Shown piece after piece: positions 48,360 to 58,002 of a DNA stretch of 64,000 nt. Under the pieces are notes generated by a model that was not told the DNA's origin, searched no databases, and was given only the letters and a program-made list of their open reading frames with translations. The stretch is taken from positions 10,865 through 74,864 of the forward strand of contig JAYOFO010000003.1 in the NCBI GenBank assembly GCA_038117265.1, given 5' to 3'. The position numbers and the translations under genes were made by a program. Source of the DNA: Rhodospirillaceae bacterium. Lineage in GTDB: Bacteria > Pseudomonadota > Alphaproteobacteria > UBA6615. How positions within the stretch are numbered: the first letter of the stretch is position 1; each line of letters begins with the position of its first letter.

Positions 48360-49768
48360 GCGTAGCCCGGCGCGGCCGCGAACGGCCGAACCTTCTCGAA
48401 CGCGCGCGCCGCACGCAGGACCAGCGCGTCCTCCCAGTGCCGGCCGACGAGCTGGAAGGCGACCGGCAACCCTTCGTCGCCCAGCCCGCACGGTACCGAG
48501 CAGGCGGGCTGCTTGGTCAGGTTGAACGGGTAGGTGAAGGGGCACCATTCGACCCATTCGTGCATGCCGCGGTCGGGTGGCACGTTCGTGCCCACCGGGA
48601 TCGCCTGCAGCGGCATCTGCGGGGTCAGCAACAGGTCGTAGTCCGCATGGAAGCGCGCCATCCGGTTCGCCAGTTCGACCCGCCCGGCATAGGCGCCGAT
48701 CAGCTCGCTGGCCTTCAGCGCATCGCCGTCCCCGGCGATGGCGAGCAGACCCGGGTCCATCAGTTCGCGCTTGTCGGCGGGGGTCTGGTCGACCAGCCAC
48801 GCGACCGCGGCGGCCCAGATCGCCTCGATGATCGGGCGGGGCGGCGGGATGTCCGGGTCGGCCTCCTCGACGATGGCGCCGAGGTCGGCGAGCACCCTGG
48901 CCGCGTCGGCCAACGCCGCCGCGACATCGTCGTCGGCCCAGCCGTTTCCGCCCAGGGTCGGGCTGTAGGCGATCCGCACGCCCTCGATGCCCGCGTCGAG
49001 CGCGTTCAGGTAGTTCTCGGCCTGGGCGCTCGCCGGGGCCGCGTTCGGGTCGCGCGGGTCGGGCTTCGCCAGCACGTTCAGCATCATCGCCGCATCGGTG
49101 ACCGTGCGGGTGATCGGCCCCATGTTGGCCAGGCTGCCGATATGGCCGGGTAGGGGATAGTTCGGCACCAGGCCGAAGGTCGGCTTGTGGCCGAACACGC
49201 CCGCGAAGGCCGCGGGGATGCGGATCGAGCCCGCCGCATCGGAGCCCTGGTGCAGCGGGCCCAGGAAGGCCGCCGCCGCCGCCGAGGCGCCGCCCGAAGA
49301 GCCGCCCGGCGTGCGTTCCGGGTTCCACGGGTTGCGCGTGATGCCCGTCAGCGGGCTGTCGGTGACGCCCTTCCAGCCGAACTCCGGCGTCGTCGTCTTG
49401 CCCGTCAGGACCGCGCCGGCCTCGCGCAGGCGCGCCGTCGCCGGCGCGTCCTCGTCCCACGGACCGTCCGGGTTCGACGTGCGCGAGCCGCGCAGGGTCG
49501 GCCAGCCCCTGGTCAGGGTCAGATCCTTGATCGAGGTCGGAACGCCGTCGAGCGCCGACAGGGGTTCACCGGCCTGCCAGCGCGCCTCGGATTCCGCCGC
49601 ACTCGCGAGCGCGGCGTCTGGGTCGATCAAGCAGAAGCAGTTGAGCGCGGGGTTGTGCGCCTCGATCCGGTCGAGCACGGCCTGGGTCGCCTCGACCGGC
49701 GAGGCCTCGCCCTTGCCGTACAAATCGCTCAGATCGGCGGCGCTCAGCGCGGCGAGTTCCTTGGCCAT
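48356..49768 (-). CDS. Amidase (amidase-signature family), tandem paralog A
   Basis: 470 aa with [43 protein letters not shown] and GSIRIPAAF. Confidence 0.9.
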   Translation of the reverse strand: MAKELAALSAADLSDLYGKGEASPVEATQAVLDRIEAHNPALNCFCLIDPDAALASAAESEARWQAGEPLSALDGVPTSIKDLTLTRGWPTLRGSRTSNPDGPWDEDAPATARLREAGAVLTGKTTTPEFGWKGVTDSPLTGITRNPWNPERTPGGSSGGASAAAAAFLGPLHQGSDAAGSIRIPAAFAGVFGHKPTFGLVPNYPLPGHIGSLANMGPITRTVTDAAMMLNVLAKPDPRDPNAAPASAQAENYLNALDAGIEGVRIAYSPTLGGNGWADDDVAAALADAARVLADLGAIVEEADPDIPPPRPIIEAIWAAAVAWLVDQTPADKRELMDPGLLAIAGDGDALKASELIGAYAGRVELANRMARFHADYDLLLTPQMPLQAIPVGTNVPPDRGMHEWVEWCPFTYPFNLTKQPACSVPCGLGDEGLPVAFQLVGRHWEDALVLRAARAFEKVRPFAAAPGYA

Positions 49769-49788
49769 GGCGTTCTCCGTGTCGGTGG

Positions 49789-51198
49789 CTAGGCGTAGCC
49801 GGGCGGGGCCGCGAACGGCCGCACGCGTTCGTAGGCGCGCGCGGCGCGCAGCACGGTCGTCTCGTCCCAGTGCCGGCTGACCAGCTGAAACGCGACCGGC
49901 ATGCCCTCGTCGCCGAGCCCGCAGGGCACCGACGCGGCGGGCTGTTTGGTCATGTTGAACGGGTAGGTGAAGGGCGACCATTCGGCCCATTCGCCGCTGT
50001 CCTGGCCCGGCGCGCGGTACTCGCCCGCGGCGAAGGCCTCCAGCGGCATGGTCGGGGTGATCATCAGATCGTAGTCGGCCATGAAGATCGACAGCGCCGT
50101 CCCCAGCTCGCCGACGCCGGCATAGGCGCCGATCAAGTCCATCGCGTCGAACCGCGCGCCGTACGCGGCGATGGCCGCCAGGCCGGGATCGACGACCGCG
50201 CGCTGTTCTTCGGTCATCTGTTCGAGGATCCAGCGGTCGGCGGTCGACCAGATGACGTCGATCAGGTGCCGGTAGTCGGGCAATTCGGGTTCGGCCTCGA
50301 CCACCTCGGCGCCGAGTTCGCGATAGACCTCGACCGCCGCATCGACGGCGGCGCGCACGTCGTCGTCGGCCCAGCCGTATCCCCCAAGGGTCGGTGCGTA
50401 GGCGATCTTCTTGCCCTTCACGCCGTCCTCGATGCCCGCGCGCCAATCGCGCCCCTGCACCGGTGCGATGGCGTAGTCGCGCGGGTCGGGCCGGTCGGAG
50501 AACACCGTCAGCAGAAGGGCGGCATCGGCGACCGTGCGCGCGATCGGGCCGAAATTCGCCATGTCGCCGATGTGCGGTGCGCGCGGATAATTGGGCACCA
50601 GCCCGAACGTCGCCTTGATGCCGAACACGCCCGCGAACGCCGCGGGAATGCGGATCGAACCCGCGCCGTCCGAGGCCTGGTGCAGCGGACCCATGAAGGC
50701 CGCGCACGCCGCCGAGGCGCCGCCCGAAGAGCCGCCGGGCGTGCGTTCCGGGTTCCACGGGTTGCGCGTGACGCCGGTCAGCGGGCTGTCGGTCACGCCC
50801 TTCCAGCCGAATTCGGGCGTGGCCGTCTTGCCGGTCAGCACCGCATTGTGGCGGCGCAGCGCACCGACGACCGGCGCGTCGAGATCCTGGAGCGCGTCGG
50901 GGTTCGAGGTGCGCGAGCCGCGCATCGTCGGCCAGCCGGCCGTCGGCGTCAGGTCCTTGATCGAGACCGGGATGCCGTCGATCAGGCCTTCGGGTTTTCC
51001 CTTGGCCCAGCGCGCCTCCGAAGCTTTCGCCAGATCGCGGGTGGTGTCGGGGTCGAGATGGATGAAGGCGTTCAGCGTGCCGTTGTGCCGCTCGATCTGG
51101 TCCAGCACCGCGTCGGCGACCTCCACCGGCGACGCCTGCTTGCTGGCATAGAGGTCGAGGAGTTCGCCCGCCGTGGCGCGGATCAGGTCGTTGGTCAT
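49789..51198 (-). CDS. Amidase (amidase-signature family), tandem paralog B
   Basis: 469 aa, collinear with paralog A and sharing long identical peptide and DNA stretches ([37 protein letters not shown]). Confidence 0.9.
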   Translation of the reverse strand: MTNDLIRATAGELLDLYASKQASPVEVADAVLDQIERHNGTLNAFIHLDPDTTRDLAKASEARWAKGKPEGLIDGIPVSIKDLTPTAGWPTMRGSRTSNPDALQDLDAPVVGALRRHNAVLTGKTATPEFGWKGVTDSPLTGVTRNPWNPERTPGGSSGGASAACAAFMGPLHQASDGAGSIRIPAAFAGVFGIKATFGLVPNYPRAPHIGDMANFGPIARTVADAALLLTVFSDRPDPRDYAIAPVQGRDWRAGIEDGVKGKKIAYAPTLGGYGWADDDVRAAVDAAVEVYRELGAEVVEAEPELPDYRHLIDVIWSTADRWILEQMTEEQRAVVDPGLAAIAAYGARFDAMDLIGAYAGVGELGTALSIFMADYDLMITPTMPLEAFAAGEYRAPGQDSGEWAEWSPFTYPFNMTKQPAASVPCGLGDEGMPVAFQLVSRHWDETTVLRAARAYERVRPFAAPPGYA

Positions 51199-51211
51199 GG
51201 CATCCTGGGGA

Positions 51212-52612
51212 TCATGTTGCGGCCAGGCCGCGCTCGCGCACCATCTCGAGCGTGTCGTCCAGCGCCAGGCGGAACCGCGCGATCATCTCGGCGATTTCCT
51301 CCGCCGTGATGATCAGCGGCGGGCAGAACGAGATGGTGTCGCCGATCGCGCGCACGATCAGGCCGTGGTCCTCGGCGCGCTGGTTGCAGAAGGGGCCGAC
51401 GCCGTCGGCGGGGTCGAAGGCCGGGCCGCGCGCCTTGTCGCGCACCAGCTCGACGCCGGCGACCAGGCCCTTGCCGCGCACCTCGCCGACCAGCGGGTGG
51501 TCGAGCAGCGCGCGCAGCCCGCCCTGGAAGTGCGGCTCCATCGCCCGCACATGGCCGACGATGTCGTCGTCCTCGTAGATGCGCAGCGCCTCGCGCGCGA
51601 CGGCGGCCGAGACCGGGTGACCGGAATAGGTGAAGCTGAGGCCGAAGACGCCGACCCGGTCGCTTTCGGCGGCAATGGCGTCGAACACGCGGGCGTTCAC
51701 CATCAGCGCCGAGATTGGCAGATAGGCGCTCGACAGGCCCTTGGCGCAGACCAGCATGTCGGGCTCGAGCCCCATGGTCGTGGTGCCGAACATGTTGCCG
51801 GTGCGCCCGAACCCCGTGATCACCTCGTCCGACACCAGCAGCACGTCGTGCTTGCGCAGGACGGCCTGCACCTTGGCGTAATAGGTCGGCGGCGGCACGA
51901 TGACGCCGCCCGAGCCCATGATCGGCTCGGTGAAGAACGCGCCGACCGTGTCCGGCCCCTCGGCCTCGATCAGCGAATCGAGTTCGTCGGCGAGCCGCGT
52001 CGCGAAATCCTCTTCGCTCTCGCCGGGCTCGGCGTTGCGGTAATGGTGCGGCGCGGTGACGTGGAGGAAGCCGTCGAGCGGCAGGCCGAACGACGCGTGG
52101 TTGTAGTACATGCCCGAGAGGCTGGCCGACGCGATGGTATTGCCGTGGTAGGCGCGCTGGTGGGCGATGATCTTGCGCTTCTCGGGCTTGCCCACGGCCG
52201 CCCAGTAGTACCAGACGATCCGCGCGGCGCTGTCGTTGCCTTCCGAGCCCGAATTGGCGAACCAGATCTTCGACATCGGCACCGGCGCGATCTCGAGCAG
52301 CTTCTCCGCCAGCTCGATAACCGGCGAATGGCTCTTGTGGTTCGTCAGGTGATAGTAGGGCAGGCGCGCCATCTGCGCGGCCGCGGCGTCGACCAGGCGC
52401 TGCTGGCCGTAGCCGAGCGAGAGGCACCACAGCCCCGACATACCCTCGATGTAGCGCTTGCCGTGGATGTCGGTGACCCAGACGCCCTCGCCATGCTCGA
52501 TCACCACCGGCCCCTTCTCGAGATGGGCCTTGAGGTTGGTCAGCGGATGGATGACCGACGCGGCGTCGCGCGCCTCGGGCGAGTTCGGTCGCGGGGCTGT
52601 GTCGTCCGGCAT
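51212..52612 (-). CDS. Class III (omega) aminotransferase, PLP-dependent
   Basis: 466 aa with SGSEGNDSA, DEVITGFGRTG and the PLP-lysine context CAKGLSS. Confidence 0.9.
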   Translation of the reverse strand: MPDDTAPRPNSPEARDAASVIHPLTNLKAHLEKGPVVIEHGEGVWVTDIHGKRYIEGMSGLWCLSLGYGQQRLVDAAAAQMARLPYYHLTNHKSHSPVIELAEKLLEIAPVPMSKIWFANSGSEGNDSAARIVWYYWAAVGKPEKRKIIAHQRAYHGNTIASASLSGMYYNHASFGLPLDGFLHVTAPHHYRNAEPGESEEDFATRLADELDSLIEAEGPDTVGAFFTEPIMGSGGVIVPPPTYYAKVQAVLRKHDVLLVSDEVITGFGRTGNMFGTTTMGLEPDMLVCAKGLSSAYLPISALMVNARVFDAIAAESDRVGVFGLSFTYSGHPVSAAVAREALRIYEDDDIVGHVRAMEPHFQGGLRALLDHPLVGEVRGKGLVAGVELVRDKARGPAFDPADGVGPFCNQRAEDHGLIVRAIGDTISFCPPLIITAEEIAEMIARFRLALDDTLEMVRERGLAAT

Positions 52613-52630
52613 GGTAGTCTCCCCGTGCGG

Positions 52631-53569
52631 CTACTCGGCCGCGTCCTGCAGGCCGTCCGAGACCTCGACATTCTCGGGCGCGATCTCGTAGCCCGCGGCG
52701 GCGGCCTGCATCTTGATGAGCGCGGCGAAGTCGTCCTCGCCATGACCCAGCCCGATCAGCGCCTGCACCATCTCGCGGGTCAGGTTGGTGATCGGCATCG
52801 GCACCTCGAGCGCGCGGGCCTCGGCCAGCGCCAGGTCGAGGTCCTTGCGCAGCATCTTCGAGGTGTGGGTCGCGGTGTAGTCGAGGTTCACCAGGGCGGG
52901 CGCCTTGTAGTTGGTGAAGATCGAGGCCATCGCGCTCTTGTTGAAGTAGTTGAGGAAGTCGGCGCGCTTGATGCCGCCCTTCTCGCAGAGCACCGTGATC
53001 TCGGCCAGGCACTGGGCGACGACGCCGAGCATGACGTTGTGGGCCAGCTTGGCCAGCCGCGAGGAATCGCCCTCGCCGATATAGGTCTCGGCGCGGCCGA
53101 GCTCGGCGATGTAGGGGCGCGCGGTCTCGTAGGCCTCGCGCGCACCGGATACGCCCAGCGTCGCCTTGCCCGCGGCCACGGCGTGGCCGTTGCCGCTGAT
53201 CGGGGCGGCCAGGAACTGCACGCTCTTAGCCTCGCAGGCGGCGCGGATCTCGGCCGATGCCTCGAGCGAGACGGTCGAGCTGTCAGAGATGATCTTGGGC
53301 AGCTTGTTGCCCGATAGAACGCCGTCGGGGCCCGTGGTGACCTCGCGGAACGCATTGTCGTCGGTGACGATGGTGAAGACGATGTCGCGGTCGCCCAGGT
53401 CGGCGGGACATGCCACCACCTCGACGCCCAGCGGCTCGGCCTTCGCCGCCGTGCGGTTGTAGACCTTCACGTCCGCGCCGGCCCGGATCAGGCGGTCGGC
53501 CATCGGGTATCCCATCTTGCCGGTGCCGATCCAGCCGATCGTGTGTGACTTGAGGCTGTCGCCTGCCAT
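52631..53569 (-). CDS. NAD(P)-dependent beta-hydroxyacid dehydrogenase (3-hydroxyisobutyrate dehydrogenase family)
   Basis: IGWIGTGKMGYPMA Rossmann motif and ...AP.SG.. catalytic-region pattern. 312 aa. Confidence 0.85.
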   Translation of the reverse strand: MAGDSLKSHTIGWIGTGKMGYPMADRLIRAGADVKVYNRTAAKAEPLGVEVVACPADLGDRDIVFTIVTDDNAFREVTTGPDGVLSGNKLPKIISDSSTVSLEASAEIRAACEAKSVQFLAAPISGNGHAVAAGKATLGVSGAREAYETARPYIAELGRAETYIGEGDSSRLAKLAHNVMLGVVAQCLAEITVLCEKGGIKRADFLNYFNKSAMASIFTNYKAPALVNLDYTATHTSKMLRKDLDLALAEARALEVPMPITNLTREMVQALIGLGHGEDDFAALIKMQAAAAGYEIAPENVEVSDGLQDAAE

Positions 53570-53632
53570 GGACTCTCTCCTCGGGGTTCGCTGTTTGCGT
53601 GCAACATTACAGGAGCCGCGTTATACGGTCCC

Positions 53633-54319
53633 GTGTTTCTCGCCGTTTTAGCCATTTCGTCACCGCTCGTCATGCTCGCAGAGCCCGTCAATCCGCCGCC
53701 CACCTCGTTCCGCGAATGGAGCGACGAGGAGCGCAACGCCAATCTGCGCAAGACGCTGGCCGGCGCGCCGGATCCGGACGCGCTGTGGGTCTTCGGGGCC
53801 GGCTCGCTGATCTGGGATCTGCGGTTCGAGGCGGCAGAGGCGCGCCCCGCGACGCTGACGAGGTATCGCCGCGCCTTCAGCTTCTGGACCATCCGCTCGC
53901 GCGGCTCGTTCGCGTATCCGGGGCTGGGCCTGGCGCTGGAGCCGGGCGGCACGTGCGCCGGCGTCGCCTTCCGGGTGCCGGAGGCGGGCCGGGCGGAGAT
54001 TCTGGACGCGTTGTGGCGGCGCGAGATGGCCGGCGGCGTCTACGTGCCGACCTGGGCGGAGGCCGAGACCGGGGCCGGCCCGATCCGGGCGCTGGGCTTC
54101 GTCGCCAACCGCCAGCACCGCAACTATGCCGGAATCCTGCCCATCGAGGAGTCCGCCCGCATCATCGCCACGGCGCGCGGCACGCGCGGCACCTGCCACG
54201 AGTACCTGTCGCTGCTCGTCGACGCGCTCGCGCGCCTCGGGCTCGACTGTCCCGAGACTATCGCGCTGCACGATCGCGTGCAGGCCGAACTGGCGCTGCT
54301 GGGCGAGGGGGCCGCATGA
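53633..54319 (+). CDS. ChaC-like gamma-glutamylcyclotransferase family protein
   Basis: LWVFGAGSLIW (canonical FGYGSL.W) and ...GVAFRV....... pattern. The start is uncertain (53633 or 53672). Confidence 0.7.
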   Translation: MFLAVLAISSPLVMLAEPVNPPPTSFREWSDEERNANLRKTLAGAPDPDALWVFGAGSLIWDLRFEAAEARPATLTRYRRAFSFWTIRSRGSFAYPGLGLALEPGGTCAGVAFRVPEAGRAEILDALWRREMAGGVYVPTWAEAETGAGPIRALGFVANRQHRNYAGILPIEESARIIATARGTRGTCHEYLSLLVDALARLGLDCPETIALHDRVQAELALLGEGAA

Positions 54320-54951
54320 CCGGCAAGCCGTCGCCCGGCAATCCGGCCGCGCTGCGCAATGCGGGGCCGACCCTCGATGCGCTGCGCCCGCTGCTGCCCG
54401 CCGGGGCGCGCGTGTTCGAAGCGGCCAGCGGCGGCGGGCATCACGCGGTCTGTTTCTGCGAGGCCCTCGACATCGCGCAGTGGCACACCAGCGATGCCGA
54501 CCCCGCGCTGGTCGAACACATGACCGTGCGCTTCGCGGCCGGGGCGCCCGATGGGGTCGTGCCGCCGGTCCGGGCCGATATGTGCGATCCGGGCTGGGCG
54601 GATGCCGTGTTCGCGGTCACGGGGCCCGTCGATGCGGTCTTCAACGTCAACATGATCCATGTGGCGCCCTGGGCGGCCTGTCTCGGCCTGCTGGCCGGCG
54701 CGGCGCGCCTGCTGCGCGATGGCGGGTTCGTGTTCATGTACGGGCCCTACAATGTCGATGGCGCATACACCTCGCCGGGAAACGCCGCGTTCGATGCGGA
54801 ACTGAAGGCGAAGAACCCGGAATGGGGCCTGCGCGACATCGAGGATGTACGCTATGCGGCCTGGACCAACGGGCTGGCCTTCGAACGGCGGATCGACATG
54901 CCGTCCAACAACCTGTCGCTGGTCCTGCGCAAGGCCGGCGTAACCCATTGA
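54316..54951 (+). CDS. DUF938 protein (SAM-dependent methyltransferase fold)
   Basis: 211 aa with RN..P.......L, E.ASG.G.H, N.IH..PW and ...PEWG.RD, the DUF938 pattern. ATGA overlap with the ChaC-like stop. Confidence 0.78.
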   Translation: MTGKPSPGNPAALRNAGPTLDALRPLLPAGARVFEAASGGGHHAVCFCEALDIAQWHTSDADPALVEHMTVRFAAGAPDGVVPPVRADMCDPGWADAVFAVTGPVDAVFNVNMIHVAPWAACLGLLAGAARLLRDGGFVFMYGPYNVDGAYTSPGNAAFDAELKAKNPEWGLRDIEDVRYAAWTNGLAFERRIDMPSNNLSLVLRKAGVTH

Positions 54952-54970
54952 ACGTCGAACGGAGGAACCG

Positions 54971-55324
54971 ATGACCGTCGAGAAGCTGCAGAACGCCTAC
55001 TATGTGACCCGCGACATGGGCCGCGCGGTCGCCTTCTACCGCGACACGCTGGGCCTCGACCTGGCGTTCCAGGACGGCGATCGCTGGACCCAGCTCAAGG
55101 CGGGCGGCGTCAACTTTGCGCTCAGCTCGCTTGACGAGGCGCCCGACGGGGCCGTCGGCGCGACGGTTGTCTTCGAGGTGCCCGACATCGACGCCGCGGC
55201 GCAGGCCATCGGCGCGGGCGGCGGCGAGGTGCTCGGCACGCGCGACATGGGAAGCCACGGCAAGACGCTCACCTTCCGAGACCCCGACGGCAACCTGGTG
55301 CAACTGTACCAGCGCGCGGGTTAG
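54971..55324 (+). CDS. VOC family protein (glyoxalase-like)
   Basis: 117 aa with YYVTRDM.RAV.FYRD.LGL and FRDPDGNLVQL. Confidence 0.8.
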   Translation: MTVEKLQNAYYVTRDMGRAVAFYRDTLGLDLAFQDGDRWTQLKAGGVNFALSSLDEAPDGAVGATVVFEVPDIDAAAQAIGAGGGEVLGTRDMGSHGKTLTFRDPDGNLVQLYQRAG

Positions 55325-55358
55325 GGTTCGGGCAACGACGCATTCCTGGGAGGAAACG

Positions 55359-56345
55359 ATGAAGACCAAAGCCATTCGACTGCACAAACATGGTGGACCC
55401 GCCAACCTGAAGTGGGAGACCGTCGATCTGCCCGAGCCGGGCAAGGGCGAGGTGCTGCTCCGCCACACCGCGATCGGCCTCAACCTGGCCGACACGTATC
55501 GGCGCACGGGGCTCTACCCCATGCCGGTGCCCAACGGCATGGGCAACGAGGCGGTCGGCGTGATCGAGGCGGTCGGGCCGGGCGTGCGCGGCTACAAGGT
55601 CGGCGATCGGGTCGGCTATATCGGCGGCCAGGCGTTCGACGCCTATTCCCAGCGCCGCGTGGCCAAGACCGGCAGCCTGATCCCGATCCCCAAGGGTATC
55701 GACGACAAGACGGCGGCGGCGGCCCTGCTGAAGGGCATCACCGCGCAATACCTGCTCCGCGATTCCTACAAGGTGAAGAAGGGCGACACGATCCTGGTGC
55801 ACGCCGCGGCCGGCGGCGTCGGCCTGATCATGTGCCAGTGGGCGAACGCCATCGGTGCGACCGTCATCGGTACCGTCAGCACGCCCGAGAAGGCGCGGCT
55901 GGCCAAGCGCAACGGCTGCCACCACCCGCTGGTGGTTGCGCGCACCAAGCCGAAGTTCGCGGCGAAGGTCCGCGAGATCACCGGCGGCAAGGGCGTGAAC
56001 TGCGTCTACGATTCCGTCGGCAAGGAGACGTGGGACGAGAGCCTCAAGAGCGTCGGCCATCGCGGCACCGTCATCAGTTTCGGCAGCGCCTCGGGCAAGC
56101 CGCCCAAGGTCGACATCTCCGACACGGGCGCGCTGGGCTCGCCCTACTTCGCGCGCTGCGCGCTGGTGAACTACACCACGTCGCGCCAGGAGCTGATGGC
56201 CCGCGCGCGCGACCTGTTCAAGGCGATCGAGAAGGGCGACGTGAAGATACGGGTCAACCAGCGCTACAAGCTGAAGGACGCGGCGAAGGCGCAGCGCGAC
56301 CTCGAGGCGCGAAAGACGACGGGACAGACGGTCCTGGTGCCCTGA
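55359..56345 (+). CDS. qor: NADPH:quinone oxidoreductase (MDR family)
   Basis: 328 aa. MKTKAIRLHKHGGPANLKWE..., AAGGVGL and the C-terminus TTGQTVLVP. Confidence 0.88.
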   Translation: MKTKAIRLHKHGGPANLKWETVDLPEPGKGEVLLRHTAIGLNLADTYRRTGLYPMPVPNGMGNEAVGVIEAVGPGVRGYKVGDRVGYIGGQAFDAYSQRRVAKTGSLIPIPKGIDDKTAAAALLKGITAQYLLRDSYKVKKGDTILVHAAAGGVGLIMCQWANAIGATVIGTVSTPEKARLAKRNGCHHPLVVARTKPKFAAKVREITGGKGVNCVYDSVGKETWDESLKSVGHRGTVISFGSASGKPPKVDISDTGALGSPYFARCALVNYTTSRQELMARARDLFKAIEKGDVKIRVNQRYKLKDAAKAQRDLEARKTTGQTVLVP

Positions 56346-56368
56346 ACCGCGCGCCGGAGGCGGGAACC

Positions 56369-57235
56369 GTGACCTGGACGGACAAGAAGTTCGCCGACGT
56401 CAACGGCCGGCGGATGGCCTATGTCGAGCGCGGGGCGGGCGACCCGATCGTCTTCCTGCACGGCAACCCGACCTCCAGCTTCCTCTGGCGGAACATCCTT
56501 CCCCATGCCGAGCCGTTCGGTCGCGTGATCGCACCCGACCTGATCGGCATGGGGGATTCCGACAAGCTGCCCGACAGCGGGCCCGACCGGTACCGCTTCG
56601 TCGAGCATCGCAAATATCTCGATGCGCTGCTGGCGCAGCTGGGCGTGCGCGAGAACGCCGTGTTCGTCGTCCACGACTGGGGCAGTGCGCTGGGCTTCGA
56701 CTGGGCCAACCGGCACCGCGACGCGGTGCGGGGCATTGCCTATATGGAGGCGCTCGTCCGGCCGCTCGTCTGGGCCGAATGGCCCGAGGCCGCGCGGCCG
56801 GTCTTCCAGGCGCTGCGCACGCCGAAGGGCGAGGAGATGGTCCTGGAGAAGAACGTCTTCGTGGAACGGATCCTCCCCGCCTCCATCCTGCGCGACCTGA
56901 CGGACGCGGAGATAGCCGAATACCGACGGCCGTTCCTCGATCCCGGCGAGGACCGCCGACCGACCCTGACCTGGCCGCGCAACATTCCGCTGGACGGCGT
57001 GCCCGAAGACGTGACGGCGGTGATCGCCGGCTATGCCGACTGGTTGCCGCGTTCGGAAGTGCCCAAGCTGTTCATGAACGCCGAGCCGGGCTCGATCCTG
57101 GTCGGCGCGCAGCGCGACTTCTGCCGCAGCTGGGCGAACCAGACCGAGGTGACGGTGGCGGGATCGCACTTCATCCAGGAGGATTCGCCCGACGCGATCG
57201 GCCGGGCGCTCGCTGACTGGCTCGGCAAGATCTGA
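56369..57235 (+). CDS. Haloalkane dehalogenase (alpha/beta hydrolase, HLD family)
   Basis: GTG start after GGAGG. FLHGNPTSSFLWRN, nucleophile context VVHDWGSALG and C-terminal GSHFIQEDSP. Confidence 0.88.
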   Translation: MTWTDKKFADVNGRRMAYVERGAGDPIVFLHGNPTSSFLWRNILPHAEPFGRVIAPDLIGMGDSDKLPDSGPDRYRFVEHRKYLDALLAQLGVRENAVFVVHDWGSALGFDWANRHRDAVRGIAYMEALVRPLVWAEWPEAARPVFQALRTPKGEEMVLEKNVFVERILPASILRDLTDAEIAEYRRPFLDPGEDRRPTLTWPRNIPLDGVPEDVTAVIAGYADWLPRSEVPKLFMNAEPGSILVGAQRDFCRSWANQTEVTVAGSHFIQEDSPDAIGRALADWLGKI

Positions 57236-57248
57236 ACCGGTCCTCGCG

Positions 57249-57995
57249 ATGGAGTTCGATCTCGCGGGCCTGGCGCTGGTCGCCGCTGTCTTCGCCGTCG
57301 CCGGTGTCGTGAAGGGGGTCATCGGGTTCGGGCTGCCGACCATCTCGATGGGGATCCTCGGTGCCCTGATCGCGCCCGACGTGGCCGCGGCGATCCTGAT
57401 CGTGCCCACCTTCCTGACCAACATCTGGCAGGCCTTCGTGGGGCCGCACACGCTGGCCGTCCTGCGCCGGGTCTGGCCGCTGCTTGCGGGCGTGTTCCTC
57501 GGCACGCTGGCGACGGCCGGATTCCTCGCCGGTGCCAATTCGCAGCTCGCGGCGATCCCGATCGGGGTCATCCTCGTCGCCTATGCGACGCTCGGGCTGT
57601 CGGGAGTGCGGTTTCGGGTCCGGCAAGCGTCGGAAGCCTTCGCCGGGCCGGTGGTGGGGCTCGCGACGGGCCTGATCAACGGCGCGACGGCGATCTTCGT
57701 CCTGCCCGGCGCGCCCTATCTGCAGGCCTCGGAGTTCGAAAAGGACGCGCTGATCCAGGCGCTCGGCTTCGTGGGGCTGGTCGCGCCCGGCGCGCTGGCG
57801 CTGGGGTTCGGGCTGAATCGCCCGGTCGACTTCGGGTTGTGGCCGGCGGTGATCGTTGCCCTGGTCGCTGCCAGCGCGGGCATGGCGGCGGGGCAGGTGG
57901 TCCGCGGACGCCTTTCGGTCGGCGTCTTCCAGCGCTGGGTGTTCGTCGGCCTGGCGGGGCTGGGCGCGGCGATGATCTTGCGGACCCTTGCCTAG
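57249..57995 (+). CDS. TSUP (TauE/SafE) family membrane transporter
   Basis: 248-aa polytopic protein with the GVVKGVIGFGLP motif. Second member of this family in the window. Confidence 0.78.
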   Translation: MEFDLAGLALVAAVFAVAGVVKGVIGFGLPTISMGILGALIAPDVAAAILIVPTFLTNIWQAFVGPHTLAVLRRVWPLLAGVFLGTLATAGFLAGANSQLAAIPIGVILVAYATLGLSGVRFRVRQASEAFAGPVVGLATGLINGATAIFVLPGAPYLQASEFEKDALIQALGFVGLVAPGALALGFGLNRPVDFGLWPAVIVALVAASAGMAAGQVVRGRLSVGVFQRWVFVGLAGLGAAMILRTLA

Positions 57996-58002
57996 GCGCC
58001 GC

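Noticed and set aside
46827-49460. N-terminal 878 aa of the 1177-aa ORF 45927-49460
   Set aside because: Only the last 299 codons form a coherent EamA-type membrane protein, starting at the ATG at 46826. The upstream part is off-frame over two amidase genes.
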